A DNA stretch of 64,000 nt. Source: Negativicutes bacterium. Lineage in GTDB: Bacteria > Bacillota > Negativicutes > UBA1444. The position numbers were made by a program, and so were the translations under genes. Where the stretch lies: positions 32,001 to 96,000 of the forward strand of contig CAXXIN010000003.1 in NCBI GenBank assembly GCA_963665275.2, read 5' to 3'. Shown here piece after piece: positions 1 to 10,438 of this stretch; position 1 is the stretch's first letter, and each line of letters begins with the position of its first letter. The notes under the pieces were generated by a model. It was not told the origin of the DNA and made no database searches. It worked only from the letters and a program-made list of their open reading frames with translations.

Positions 1-1
1 G

Positions 2-184
2 GTTCAGGAAGTTTTTGCACCGACAGAAAAAGAAATTGTCCATGCCCGTCGGGTGCTGGTCGCCTATCAAGACGCTCTCGACCGCAAATCCGGCGTTATC
101 GCTCTGGACGGGAAAATGATCGACACCCCCATCGTAACAAGAGCTGAGAGAGTTCTTGCCTACGCTGCGGCGGTCAGAAATTAG
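2..184 (+). CDS. citE: Citrate lyase beta subunit, C-terminal part (partial at window edge)
   Basis: Frame 2 reads VQEVFAPTEKEIVHARRV...GVIALDGKMIDTPIVTRAERVL*, the typical CitE C-terminus; lies directly before citF. Confidence 0.9.
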   Translation, partial: VQEVFAPTEKEIVHARRVLVAYQDALDRKSGVIALDGKMIDTPIVTRAERVLAYAAAVRN

Positions 185-197
185 GGAGGGCGGCACG

Positions 198-1736
198 ATG
201 ATAAACAAAGCAGGCAGACTGATTCCGGAGACTATCTCCGGCTATCCCGTGGTGCGCCCCTACGGCGGACCCTTCGCAGCACAGCCGGTAGGGAGAATGA
301 CTGGTCCCCGTATCCGCGCTCAACACCCCGCCACCGATAAGCTGCTGCCGTCTCTCGAACAGGCGATTGATGCCTCGGGCCTGAAAGACGGCATGACAAT
401 ATCCTTCCATCACCATTTCCGCAACGGTGATTTCGTTCTCAATCAGGTAGTAGAAGCCATCGCCCGCAAGAACATCCGGGGCCTGACTCTCGCTCCGAGT
501 TCCCTGAACGACATCAACGATACGATCTTACCGCATATCGAAAGCGGCGTCATCACCGCAATCGAAACCAGCGGCGCCCGGGGAAAGCTGGGAAAACTGA
601 TTTCCGCCGGCAAACTGTCCCGCCCGGCGATCATTCGCTCCCATGGCGGACGAGCAAGAGCCATCGAAAGCGGGGACCTGAAAATCGATGTTGCGTTCAT
701 CGGAGCACCCTGCTGTGACAGGTACGGCAATATCAACGGCGTGGACGGTCCTTCAGCCTGCGGTTCCATGGGATATGCCATGGTCGATGCCGCCTACGCG
801 GACAAAGTCATCGCCATCACCGACCACTTGGTTCCCCACCCGGCTTTTCCGATCAGCATTCCGCAAACCCAGGTCGATTTCATCGTCGCGCTCGGCAGCA
901 TTGGCGACCCGGCAGGCATCGCCTCCGGCGCGCTGCGAATTTCGCGCAACCCGCGTGAGCTCCTGATCGCGGAGTACGCAGCTGGGGTCATCGAGCATTC
1001 GGGATATTTTCAGGAAGGGTATTCGCTGCAGCTTGGCAGCGGCGGCGCTTCACTGGCGGCCGCACAATTCATCCGCGAAAAAATGAAAGCCCGCGGCATC
1101 ACAGGCAGCTTCGGGGTCGGCGGTGTCACAGCGCCTTTTGTGGATATGCTGAATGAAGGTCTGTTTTCGGTTCTCTTTGATACCCAGGATTTCGACTTAC
1201 CCTCCATCGAATCGTTAAGAAATAATCCGCGGCATCTGGAAATGTCCGCTTCGTATTACGCCAACCCCAACAGCGGCGGCCCCATTGTCAATAACCTCGA
1301 CGTAGTCATTCTGAGCGCCACCGAAGTGGATGTCGATTTCAACGTCAACGTCATCACTGATTCCAACGGCATCATCATGGGGGCTTCTGGCGGACATTCC
1401 GACACAGCCGCCGGCGCGAAGCTGGCAATCGTGGTTGCGCCTCTGCTGCGAGGTCGCCTGCCGATGGTTCTGGACCGAGTCAATACAATCGTCACCCCTG
1501 GCGAGACCGTAGACGTAATCATCACGGAACGCGGCATCGCCATCAATCCGAATCGAACTGACCTGCGCGACCGACTCAAGGATACCCGCCTGCCGATCCT
1601 GGATATTCACGAGCTGCAGGACATCGCGTACAAAATGTCCGGCAAGCCCGAAACTGTCGAGGTCAGCGATGAAGTAGTCGCCGTGATTGAATATCGCGAC
1701 GGCAGCATCATCGACGTAGTGAGAAAACCTTTATAA
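198..1736 (+). CDS. citF: Citrate lyase alpha subunit (citrate:acetyl-ACP transferase)
   Basis: GLKDGMTISFHHHFRNGD, SHGGRARAI and GASGGHSD motifs; GGGAGG RBS before ATG 198. Confidence 0.96.
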   Translation: MINKAGRLIPETISGYPVVRPYGGPFAAQPVGRMTGPRIRAQHPATDKLLPSLEQAIDASGLKDGMTISFHHHFRNGDFVLNQVVEAIARKNIRGLTLAPSSLNDINDTILPHIESGVITAIETSGARGKLGKLISAGKLSRPAIIRSHGGRARAIESGDLKIDVAFIGAPCCDRYGNINGVDGPSACGSMGYAMVDAAYADKVIAITDHLVPHPAFPISIPQTQVDFIVALGSIGDPAGIASGALRISRNPRELLIAEYAAGVIEHSGYFQEGYSLQLGSGGASLAAAQFIREKMKARGITGSFGVGGVTAPFVDMLNEGLFSVLFDTQDFDLPSIESLRNNPRHLEMSASYYANPNSGGPIVNNLDVVILSATEVDVDFNVNVITDSNGIIMGASGGHSDTAAGAKLAIVVAPLLRGRLPMVLDRVNTIVTPGETVDVIITERGIAINPNRTDLRDRLKDTRLPILDIHELQDIAYKMSGKPETVEVSDEVVAVIEYRDGSIIDVVRKPL

Positions 1737-1740
1737 GGAG

Positions 1741-3165
1741 TTGATTTTTTTGGCTCCTGTGACTCTGGAGGATATACTGGCGGCGAGGGAAACCCGCGCC
1801 GCGCTAAGGGAAGAATTAAGGCAGACCTCTGGTCTGCCTATTCTCACCTTTAGCATCAATTGTCCCGGCCCGACGAAAGACAGCGCTTCCATTCGTCGCT
1901 TACTCCGACATGCGGTAGATTGTTTCCGCGAGTTGGCCGCTGCCCGCGATCTTTTTTCTCACGAAGAGCGCTTTTTCTATCCGCCCACCGGCCCCTTCGT
2001 TCTTTTGGCAATTCCGGGAGACGCCACCCTATTCAAACGCCTGGCGGCCCAAATCGAAGATCTTCCCGAATACGGACGCCTGCTGGATATCGACGTCTAT
2101 GGTTCAGACGGGCAGCAACTGTCACGCACTCAGTTCGGCCTCCCTCTGCGCTCCTGTTTTTTATGCGAAGATGATGCGATTACCTGTATGCGACAAGGGC
2201 GTCATACCGCCGCTGACCTGCAGCAAGAATTCCAGCGGCGGCTTGCCACTCTCGCCAATCGGGGCGATGAGCCCTGGCCGCCCCAGGTCTGGGAAACCGG
2301 CCACTGGGCGATCGAAGCCATGCTGATGGAAGCAGCCTGCACTCCGGCGCCCGGCCTCGTCGATCGCGCAAATTCCGGCGCCCACAACGATATGAATTTT
2401 TTCACATTCATGACCAGCACGAGCGCCCTAGCCTCTACCATGACCCGCTGCGCGGCCGCAGGTTGGCACCATATCGGCCCCGCCACCGAGCTATTGCCGC
2501 AACTCCGTCATATCGGTTGCGAAGGGGAGCGTCGAATGTTCCAGGCCACTCGGGGAGTGAATACGCAAAAAGGCCTGGTCTTCCTGATGGGCCTATTATG
2601 TGCTTCCGCAGCCCTGGCACGAAAAAATTCCGCCGTATTGACGGCGGAAGCGATCTGCAGGGGAGTCGCCGGCATTTGCGACGGCATCGTGCAACGGGAA
2701 CTCGCCCCGCTGCTTGAGAAGCTTCCCTCCGGTCGACCTCTCACCGCCGGAGAACGCCTTTACCTCAAATACCAGACCACAGGCATCCGGGGCGAAGCGG
2801 AACGAGGCTTACCTGCAGTACTACAGCACGGGCTCCCCTGTCTGCGTCAGTCGCTGGCGGACGGGCTTTCACTCAACGACGCACTCGTTCATACCCTGGT
2901 TCAGCTGATGGCCGTTGTGGAAGATACCACTATATTGCACCGGCACAATCCGGCTACTTTGCACGAAGTACAAGAACAAGCCAAGCTCATCCTGGGGCTC
3001 GGCGGGATGTTCACCCCCAAAGGAATCGCCGCCATTGGACAACTGGATGTTGACTTTATCAGGCGCTGGATCAGTCCTGGCGGTTGCGCCGACCTGCTGG
3101 CCGCCGTTTATTTTCTGCATCTGGCTGAGACTGCGAACAGCAATATTCTTATTTCAATGCCGTGA
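1741..3165 (+). CDS. citXG: Fused CitX/CitG (holo-ACP synthase + triphosphoribosyl-dephospho-CoA synthase)
   Basis: N-terminal CitX motifs (LEDILAARE, GRLLDIDV); C-terminal CitG motifs (PAPGLVDR.NSGAH.DM, T.GVNTQKG, SPGGCADLLA). Confidence 0.9.
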   Translation: MIFLAPVTLEDILAARETRAALREELRQTSGLPILTFSINCPGPTKDSASIRRLLRHAVDCFRELAAARDLFSHEERFFYPPTGPFVLLAIPGDATLFKRLAAQIEDLPEYGRLLDIDVYGSDGQQLSRTQFGLPLRSCFLCEDDAITCMRQGRHTAADLQQEFQRRLATLANRGDEPWPPQVWETGHWAIEAMLMEAACTPAPGLVDRANSGAHNDMNFFTFMTSTSALASTMTRCAAAGWHHIGPATELLPQLRHIGCEGERRMFQATRGVNTQKGLVFLMGLLCASAALARKNSAVLTAEAICRGVAGICDGIVQRELAPLLEKLPSGRPLTAGERLYLKYQTTGIRGEAERGLPAVLQHGLPCLRQSLADGLSLNDALVHTLVQLMAVVEDTTILHRHNPATLHEVQEQAKLILGLGGMFTPKGIAAIGQLDVDFIRRWISPGGCADLLAAVYFLHLAETANSNILISMP

Positions 3166-4206
3166 GGCGGAAGTCCTGATCCTTTCCAACACAGAGGCAG
3201 CCGCCGGCGAACGCAGATATTCATAGGTGCTTGCTGGCACCATCTGAGATAAAGCCTCCCATTCGCCTGTCCGGATCATTTCCCGCACTTTGGAGGCGCT
3301 AATCACTTCCCCGCCGACTGACAGGCGGGGAATTATTTTTACGGCCACGCCCAGCGGCGGCAATATCTCTGCCAAGGCCGAATTATACTGCGCCGTTACT
3401 GGGCAGTACGGCTCTTCCCCGACATAACGGGCAACGATTCCCAGCGCTGGCGCTATATAACGGCCAAAGACGGTGGCATCGAGACGCGTCTGTGCGAATA
3501 CGGTATCTTCGCCCCGGGTGAAATATCCGGGAAAAGTGGCGCTGGAAATAATATAGTCGCCTCCTGGAACCACCGCAACATTTTTCAAGTCGACAGTCCC
3601 CTCGCGCACCAGCTGCAGCCTAACATCAAAAGGAAATAGCGAAAGGTCGGACGCCACCACGAACACAACGACTGCTTCATTCTCGGAGGCGGCACGGGCG
3701 ATCACTTCACGGTGCCCGTAGGTGAAGGGATTGCAGTTCACCACCAGCGCCGCCCGCCTTTGCCCCGGCAGTTGCGCGGTCTGTTGCTGCAAATCGCGGC
3801 AGTACTTCTGCACAGAATAGATCCCCATTTCCAGAAGCGCGGCATAAGGCTCCACCCGGGCTATTTCAGTAAAACCGATGCCGGTGAACAGGTTGGCTTT
3901 ATCCGGTTTGGTAAAAACAAAATAATGATTTCTTCCGCGTGCCGTCATCACCTGCATCAAGTGGCTGGCCACCTTGGCCAGCAGTCCTTCTCCCTGCAGT
4001 TTCGCCGACACCGCAACATTGCGAATCACTTTGCCGGCGAACGATCCGGTCGCCACCAGCTCATCATGGCTGTAGAAAGCGACCGTATACTCCACATCCG
4101 TGTCAAACCCCAGATCAAAGCCAGCTAAGAAATCAGCTATTGCTTTGACTTCAGATGAGTTCCCCAGATCAACGATCCTCTCTTCGAATTCAAGCCAACC
4201 GTTCAT
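3154..4206 (-). CDS. citC: [Citrate (pro-3S)-lyase] ligase
   Basis: GNAT-like N-terminus; VVNCNPFTYGH, YIISSATFP.YF, RYVGEEP and ISASKVR motifs; AGGAGG RBS before ATG 4206. Confidence 0.93.
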   Translation of the reverse strand: MNGWLEFEERIVDLGNSSEVKAIADFLAGFDLGFDTDVEYTVAFYSHDELVATGSFAGKVIRNVAVSAKLQGEGLLAKVASHLMQVMTARGRNHYFVFTKPDKANLFTGIGFTEIARVEPYAALLEMGIYSVQKYCRDLQQQTAQLPGQRRAALVVNCNPFTYGHREVIARAASENEAVVVFVVASDLSLFPFDVRLQLVREGTVDLKNVAVVPGGDYIISSATFPGYFTRGEDTVFAQTRLDATVFGRYIAPALGIVARYVGEEPYCPVTAQYNSALAEILPPLGVAVKIIPRLSVGGEVISASKVREMIRTGEWEALSQMVPASTYEYLRSPAAASVLERIRTSASRH

Positions 4207-4380
4207 AGTGTTCCTCCTGCATCCACTTTCCACTGTGCTCCGCAGCAATGCCCATCACCAATCTTCACTGATTGTTTTCATAATATCATTTTCCTCTGAA
4301 ATATGTATAGCCCCTTGCATAAGCTCCTCAAGCGTTAATCGTTAAACAAGCTATCGAATCGTCAACCTTCGTATTCCTCC

Positions 4381-4426
4381 AAAAACACAAGCTCCTCAGA
4401 TTTTGATCTGAGGAGCTTGTGTTTTT
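4381..4426. terminator. Family B hairpin (bidirectional terminator-like)
   Basis: aaaaacacaagctcctcaga-ttttga-tctgaggagcttgtgttttt perfect inverted repeat at the end of the GGDEF gene. Confidence 0.8.
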
Positions 4427-5327
4427 ATTGAAAACCATCGACCTGGTTTCTTCCCTTACTCTTTGCATCATGCAACCGATCGTCCGCGGTTTGGATCAGA
4501 TCGCCTGCCTTGTGTTTTTCACAAGTCGCGATACCCGCGCTGATGGTAATTTCTATGTTTGATTCCGTAAAGGGTGTCGATTCGATGAGCGAGCGAATTC
4601 GCTCCGCAAGGGTACAGGCGCCATCACAATCCGTGTTCGGCAAAATCAGCATAAGCGCTCCGCTGCCGAACCGTCCGGCGGTGTCCGACGGGCGCAGGAT
4701 CTGACACATGAGTTGCGCCGCTTCTTCCAGCACAGCATCTCCGATCCGGTATCCATGAATTTCGTTGATTTTTTTGAAATGGTCGATGTCCAGCATTACA
4801 ATGGATAAAGGCGTAACGTAGCGACGCGAACGCTCTATTTCATTTTCCAGCGTATTCATTAAAAAGGTATGATTGTACAGGCCCGTCAAGCTGTCTTTAT
4901 CGACACGGAGTTGAAGCATTTGATTAGCTTCCTCCAATTGTTTCTTCGCAACAAGTAACTGCTCCGTCACGGGGTTGATGGAAGAAACAATTTTGCTTAT
5001 GACTTCGAGCTTTGGAACCATATCGCTCTGTGAGCTTTCCTTGTTTTGCAGAGTAAGTTGTCGCAGATTGGCCTGCAGATATTTCAAAGCGTTTGCCATG
5101 GCCCCCGAATAACCCATATTCACTGTCAGATCCCCTTTTGCCAGGGCGAAGGTAAAGTTGCGGAACTCAAGCAGCATCTCATGCAACTCGGCCACGGCGG
5201 CATCCGAAGAATCAGCAGGCAATGGCGACGGCTGTTGATCAACCAGGGCACTTTTGAGCGCTTTCAGATCACCAGGCGCCATCTCGCTGCTGTGGCTTTG
5301 AAAAGTCATCTGTGATTCCTCCATCAT
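4425..5327 (-). CDS. GGDEF-domain protein with degenerate active site
   Basis: DSLTGLYN and DIDHFKKIN motifs; A-site reads GSGAL; RPSD I-site retained. Confidence 0.85.
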   Translation of the reverse strand: MMEESQMTFQSHSSEMAPGDLKALKSALVDQQPSPLPADSSDAAVAELHEMLLEFRNFTFALAKGDLTVNMGYSGAMANALKYLQANLRQLTLQNKESSQSDMVPKLEVISKIVSSINPVTEQLLVAKKQLEEANQMLQLRVDKDSLTGLYNHTFLMNTLENEIERSRRYVTPLSIVMLDIDHFKKINEIHGYRIGDAVLEEAAQLMCQILRPSDTAGRFGSGALMLILPNTDCDGACTLAERIRSLIESTPFTESNIEITISAGIATCEKHKAGDLIQTADDRLHDAKSKGRNQVDGFQ

Positions 5328-5490
5328 ACTGTTTGTCGGTACCCTCTCTGATCAATCCCGCAATGCTCTACAACAGAGGGATGATATCCATAGGATACAC
5401 TCAAATAAAGCCAATGGCATTATCACTATTGTTTAACAAACGCTCCTGAATCTTGTAAATTTATGTACAAACCGCTAGGTTCGCCAGCGG

Positions 5491-6378
5491 TCAATAAGGA
5501 GCCAATTTCGCGCCATAAGCGCCAAAATCGGTTCCCACGCCAACTTCGCCGGACAGAACTTCCCGCATGAATTTTCCTGTAACATAATTATCTATGCCAC
5601 TGCCGCCCACTCCTTCCAGGAAGAAGGCCGCAAATCCGACAATGAGAACATCATCTCTGCCTTGTGGATCGCCCTGCACAATAGGAATCACAATAATACG
5701 CGGCGAACCCGATCGAACTGTTTCAAAAGTCGCGGTGGGGTCCTGGTTGATTCGATAGGTAACTCCCTGTGAGGTTGGTCCTGAATTATTGCCGGGTTTC
5801 GTAGCAACCAGATCCCCAACCTTCAAAGGAGATTGATATCCCTCTTCGATATCCGTCCGATAAGCGCTAGCGCCGCTGCCGGACAAGGATAATGCACCGA
5901 AGTTTCCAGTGTTGCCGTCGCCTCCGCCGGCCTTTAAAATATAATCTACTCCATACGCCAGCGTTTTCTGTTGCAATCCAAACGGAACGATACCTGTATA
6001 CCCAATAATAACACCGACGTTGGCTCGCGCTTGTGCGCCAACGGTTGACATACCCGGTCCAAATATTTTGGCGAACAATAAATTGACATTGCGTGTGCCT
6101 TGAGCACGGATGCTATTATTGCTGTTGAGCACTTCAACGGCAACACCATCGCCGGCATTGCCGTTGATGGCTGCGTATTGTTTCGCCACTGCAATAGCGC
6201 CTGATGCGTCTGTCGGCAATTCCTGCGCGCCGGCCATGACTGCGACATCCACTGATTTTTGCAACTGCAATCGATTGACATACAAGATCCCCACATCGGT
6301 AACCAACGCGGTTATCCCGGTCATCACTGCCACCATGAGGGCAAAAAGAACCATCACCTGTCCCTTGTTATTCATCAC
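5491..6378 (-). CDS. TadG-like pilus assembly protein
   Basis: KGQ prepilin-like cleavage motif and hydrophobic helix; LQKSVD.A..AGA motif. Confidence 0.75.
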   Translation of the reverse strand: MMNNKGQVMVLFALMVAVMTGITALVTDVGILYVNRLQLQKSVDVAVMAGAQELPTDASGAIAVAKQYAAINGNAGDGVAVEVLNSNNSIRAQGTRNVNLLFAKIFGPGMSTVGAQARANVGVIIGYTGIVPFGLQQKTLAYGVDYILKAGGGDGNTGNFGALSLSGSGASAYRTDIEEGYQSPLKVGDLVATKPGNNSGPTSQGVTYRINQDPTATFETVRSGSPRIIVIPIVQGDPQGRDDVLIVGFAAFFLEGVGGSGIDNYVTGKFMREVLSGEVGVGTDFGAYGAKLAPY

Positions 6379-6761
6379 TCTGACCTCGCAGTCGTAGACG
6401 CTGAAATTGTGTATGGATTTGATGGCATCAACGAGGAAATAATTGGCGAACTAAAAGTGTGCTGCGTAGACACGGCTACCGCGACAGGCAACCCGGTCGT
6501 TCGAGGAGCCGGGGGCGTTATCGTCACCGCCAGATTTTTCATTGCGGGCATGGTTGCCTGAATTGAGGCTTCGATCGACGCCGTGGTTGCATTGGCATCC
6601 AATGACGCCAGCCTGGCGCCTTCTTTCGAAGCAAAGGTAATATTGATATATGAATTGAAAAAAAGTCCAAATTCGATAATCCCCATCACTAACAGTGCCA
6701 AGATGGGTAATATCAAAGCAAATTCAACAATTGCCTGTCCGCGATTATTCGTTTTCATCAT
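6375..6761 (-). CDS. TadE-like pseudopilin
   Basis: RGQAIVEFALILP...GIIEFG...ASKEGARLA. Confidence 0.85.
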   Translation of the reverse strand: MMKTNNRGQAIVEFALILPILALLVMGIIEFGLFFNSYINITFASKEGARLASLDANATTASIEASIQATMPAMKNLAVTITPPAPRTTGLPVAVAVSTQHTFSSPIISSLMPSNPYTISASTTARSE

Positions 6762-6948
6762 TTTATCCTTCCACAAGCTGGAGGTCGAGAATGACATTCT
6801 TTTCGCTTGATATTGGGGGCATTATCAGATTTTAGACAATTTTATTGTAGCACTTTCGCGAAAGTGTTCCATCGCCCGCAAGTCTTATTTCAAGTAGGAT
6901 TTTTGTCCTAATAAAGCTTGATTTGACTATGCGCAAAAAAAAGATGGC

Positions 6949-7611
6949 TTATTGCCAACCATCTTTGCCCTGGAGCGGCACAAACCGACACATGCCCTGC
7001 TCCTCGACCCGAAACCCCTTGTCCGTCCGATGGACCACCAACAATTTTTGCAGAGCTAGACTGCCTACTGGAATCACCAATCTGCCGCCTACGCGCAATT
7101 GTTGTTGCAGCGCCTCTGGTATCACTGGCGCACCCGCTGTCACGACAATGGCGTCATATGGCGCCACAGCGATCCACCCCAGCGATCCATCACCAACATG
7201 AACTTCCACATTTTCGAACCCGCTGCTGTGCAAACGCTCCCGCGCCGTTTCCGCCAACTCCCGCACCACTTCCATCGATATGACCCGGCGCGCCAAGCGG
7301 CTCAGAAGCGCTGCATTGTAGCCGCTTCCCGTCCCAACATCCAGAACCGTTTCCTCTCCAGACAACCGCATCTGCTGCAACATGTCCGCCACCATAAGGG
7401 GTTGGGAAATAGTCTGTCCATAGCCGATGGGTAGCGGATAATTGCCATAAGCGTCTTCGTCCTTCGTGCCCGGAAGGCAAAACCAGTGCCGCGGTACTGC
7501 CGCCATTACGGTTAGCACCCGTTGATCCACAATGTCTCTCTGTGCCAACTGCTCCTCGACCATACGTTCACGCAGCAACTTGGTCCTGGGCGTGTCAAGC
7601 AATTCTTTCAC
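6949..7611 (-). CDS. pcm: Protein-L-isoaspartate O-methyltransferase
   Basis: PIGYGQTISQP, VLDVGTGSGY, GDGSLGW...APYDAI and FVPL motifs. Confidence 0.93.
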   Translation of the reverse strand: MKELLDTPRTKLLRERMVEEQLAQRDIVDQRVLTVMAAVPRHWFCLPGTKDEDAYGNYPLPIGYGQTISQPLMVADMLQQMRLSGEETVLDVGTGSGYNAALLSRLARRVISMEVVRELAETARERLHSSGFENVEVHVGDGSLGWIAVAPYDAIVVTAGAPVIPEALQQQLRVGGRLVIPVGSLALQKLLVVHRTDKGFRVEEQGMCRFVPLQGKDGWQ

Positions 7612-7656
7612 TTTCAGCCCCTCCCTCAGATCAGCGAGAAAATGATCCGCTATGAG

Positions 7657-7926
7657 CTATGAGACCGTCCATTTCCTTATCTCGCCTTCACGCGTCCCCG
7701 CATCAGGTCCGCGGAGAATTCGACGCCCCTTACTCCGTGCGATTACCTCCTCCAGGTTTTTGGGGGGGCTCGCGTCCTCCTCCTCAATCAAGATAAAGAC
7801 GTCAACTTCTCTACAAACCCTATAAAGCAAAATCCAAACCACAGCAGCCAATCCTAACAAAAAAAATTGCACTATATTCAAAGCCTTCCTACTCCCTTCC
7901 TCGTTGAATTTTTGCAGGATAACCAT
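7657..7926 (-). CDS. Hypothetical single-TM protein
   Basis: ORF with one hydrophobic segment; start uncertain. Confidence 0.45.
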   Translation of the reverse strand: MVILQKFNEEGSRKALNIVQFFLLGLAAVVWILLYRVCREVDVFILIEEEDASPPKNLEEVIARSKGRRILRGPDAGTREGEIRKWTVS

Positions 7927-8170
7927 AATCGGCGCTCCACTTTATAATAGTAAGCTCCGGAAAAATCAAATGCATTCTCACGATTGTCTAATCTTGCGGA
8001 GTTTTCGTGCGTGATTTTTATAATTTTTGATGCGATTGCAGTTTTTCTTCACAGAAAAAAAGCTCCCGAGGCTGAAACCCCAGAAGCATCTATTTCATTG
8101 CAGGATATTGTCCATAATACGTGGAATGAATTCATGCTGCATCCGTAATGAATCCAAAAGGAGGAACTGC

Positions 8171-8722
8171 ATGTATCGCCGGGTCATTCGCACTTGTGCC
8201 AAAACAGGCGCACACACTTATAGATTTTACCGAAGTCTGCTCCAAAAGACAGGGCATTTAGTTTTTAGCCGGGTCTCCCTGATTGTGATCAGCATAATCA
8301 TTCTGTCCATCTCTGTGGATGTTTTGCGTCACCTTTATGACTGGGCGCTTTCTCAGTCCGACGATCTGGAAGAAATGTTGCGGGAAACCGAGGGGATTTC
8401 CACGCTTTTTCTCGGCATAGGCTTGATTTTGAAGGAGCGCCGCTTACTGGAAAAAATATTTGGCACAGGCCCGAGTCAGGCAGACTGGATCAATAACCTC
8501 TGTCTCCATACCGGTCTTGGACTGATTCTGACCGGGACGGCAATGCGGATCGCCGCGCAACTGATACGCATCCCCAATCGTCTCATTTCCACACATGGGA
8601 AAGAGCATTACATCTTCGCTGTCGGTTTGCTTTTTTGCGCGCTGGCATGCCTGCAATTGCTTTACCTTGTTATAAGACTCGGACTAAGAACTCGTTATTC
8701 CAAGCCGCCTGCGGCGCAATAA
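8171..8722 (+). CDS. Hypothetical membrane protein (about 4 TM)
   Basis: AGGAGG RBS before ATG 8171; several hydrophobic segments. Confidence 0.6.
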   Translation: MYRRVIRTCAKTGAHTYRFYRSLLQKTGHLVFSRVSLIVISIIILSISVDVLRHLYDWALSQSDDLEEMLRETEGISTLFLGIGLILKERRLLEKIFGTGPSQADWINNLCLHTGLGLILTGTAMRIAAQLIRIPNRLISTHGKEHYIFAVGLLFCALACLQLLYLVIRLGLRTRYSKPPAAQ

Positions 8723-8790
8723 CGAGTTGGCGCATCCGATTTCCCCGGATCGTAAAATTTGCACCAGATACGATTCAGCAGTATTTCCAG

Positions 8791-9894
8791 CTAGGGTTCC
8801 ATAGACACGATCGCAACCAGTCGCGCCCTGACCATTATCTGTCTTTCACCAATCGAATAATTATCTACAATGATTTTGACATGCGCTTTTTCCTTCGGCA
8901 GAGAAGGCGAATTGGGCTCCAGCATCAAAACCAAAGAGCGCTTTGTTTCAAAGCCTTTCAACCTCGGGAGACTGTCGGCATAAAAATCATCGACCAGGAA
9001 AACGTAGCCTGCCCCATCCCCCATATTGTCAACCCATTCGCTGACACCGACCAGCTCTTTTTCGCCCGTAAAATGGGCATCTATCAGCGACCCGTTCCTC
9101 AGATCAACGGCATCCACCGTCAACCCAGCATAGACATCTCCAACCTTCACAGCCGTTTTATCGATCACATTGTCAGCTGACACGACTATCGGCAACATTG
9201 GTCGGGCTTGAAGGGCTCGCCACAAACTGCCTTTTTGATCGATAATGTCGATCAGGTCGGCATAGGGTAACCCATATCCACTGATTGTCCCTGTTGCATA
9301 GCTGGGAATCGCATAAACCCGGACCGCTTTGTCCGATAATAAAAACGCTGCTTTAGCTCCTTGCCAGGAATGGAGGAAATCTTCATGCTTCCAGCCATCC
9401 CAGAGTCCTTCTACCTGCAAACGGTAACGCTCACGATTTTTATCACACTGCTCCTTGATCCGACCCGCAAAATCAGTTCCGGCGGTAAACAACTCCGCCA
9501 ATTGATAGATCTGCCCCGTAGTCAGGTCAATATGAACTCCCAGGTCAATCTTGTTGGGATGGGCGGTGCCTTTCGTAAAACTGTATCCGGTGAAATGAAT
9601 CCCCAATAAATTGGAATTATAAAAACTAACAATAAAATCTCCATTCAAGGAACTACCTGGTGTAGGGTTGTTCAGTGCGAGGATAGTATCTTTGATTTTG
9701 GCATTGAGCATCGCCTGCGTTTTTGCATCCGCCATTCCCTGAATTTGTGGGATGAAGACCTTGCCATTGCTATTGACATGCCGAACTTTTAAAATACTCA
9801 CCGTTTCCGCAGCAGATGCGCTCCCGACACACAAACCTGTTGACAGCAAAATCAGAACCATAGGAAAGAGCAGGATCCTTAGCCATTTTTTCAT
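8791..9894 (-). CDS. Secreted DUF4163/DUF3298-like (PdaC/RsiV-like) protein
   Basis: Signal peptide; IPQIQG...LN, GTAHPN and IDLTTGQIYQLAELF motifs. Confidence 0.65.
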   Translation of the reverse strand: MKKWLRILLFPMVLILLSTGLCVGSASAAETVSILKVRHVNSNGKVFIPQIQGMADAKTQAMLNAKIKDTILALNNPTPGSSLNGDFIVSFYNSNLLGIHFTGYSFTKGTAHPNKIDLGVHIDLTTGQIYQLAELFTAGTDFAGRIKEQCDKNRERYRLQVEGLWDGWKHEDFLHSWQGAKAAFLLSDKAVRVYAIPSYATGTISGYGLPYADLIDIIDQKGSLWRALQARPMLPIVVSADNVIDKTAVKVGDVYAGLTVDAVDLRNGSLIDAHFTGEKELVGVSEWVDNMGDGAGYVFLVDDFYADSLPRLKGFETKRSLVLMLEPNSPSLPKEKAHVKIIVDNYSIGERQIMVRARLVAIVSMEP

Positions 9895-9944
9895 TTGCTT
9901 TATCCCTCCGCCGTTAAGCATTTTATTCAAGCATATTTAACCAT

Positions 9945-10247
9945 TTACTGGATTTCAAACTGTTGATTCAAATGAGCCAGCTCAAACAAATCTTTTACGA
10001 GCCCCTGCAGACCCGTGATCTTTATGGTTCCACCCGCCTGGACAATTTGCTTGCGAACGAAAATCAGCATTCCCAGCCCCGTACTATCCATATAATCAAC
10101 TTGCGACAAATCAACCATAAACAGCTTATGACCTCGATTAATCAAATAAGTAAATGTCTCGCGCAACTCAGTCGCTTCCGCTATATAAATGCTACCTGAA
10201 ATATAAATGCACATTTGCCCGTTCATAAGTTTTGTCTCTCGGATCAT
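9945..10247 (-). CDS. STAS anti-sigma-factor antagonist (copy 1)
   Basis: VDLSQVDYMDSTGLGML; AAGGAGG RBS. Confidence 0.9.
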   Translation of the reverse strand: MIRETKLMNGQMCIYISGSIYIAEATELRETFTYLINRGHKLFMVDLSQVDYMDSTGLGMLIFVRKQIVQAGGTIKITGLQGLVKDLFELAHLNQQFEIQ

Positions 10248-10385
10248 TATAATCCTCCTTTTAATGAAGCTTGGGCTGTGAAAATATAATAGGATCTTCG
10301 ATGTAAAGGTATAGGGCTATCCTTCTCCATAATAATAGTTCAAATATTCAAGACTGTATACAGATTTTGGGATAAAAGGCACCAA

Positions 10386-10417
10386 ACAGCTCTTCGGACG
10401 AAAATCCGAAGAGCTGT
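10386..10417. terminator. Family B hairpin
   Basis: acagctcttcgga-cgaaaa-tccgaagagctgt. Confidence 0.75.
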
Positions 10418-10438
10418 AATTGATCAATGCGAGATATT

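Noticed and set aside
174-3226. Numerous overlapping short ORFs within the cit genes (likewise in the cbi region)
   Set aside because: GC-rich shadow frames of well-supported genes
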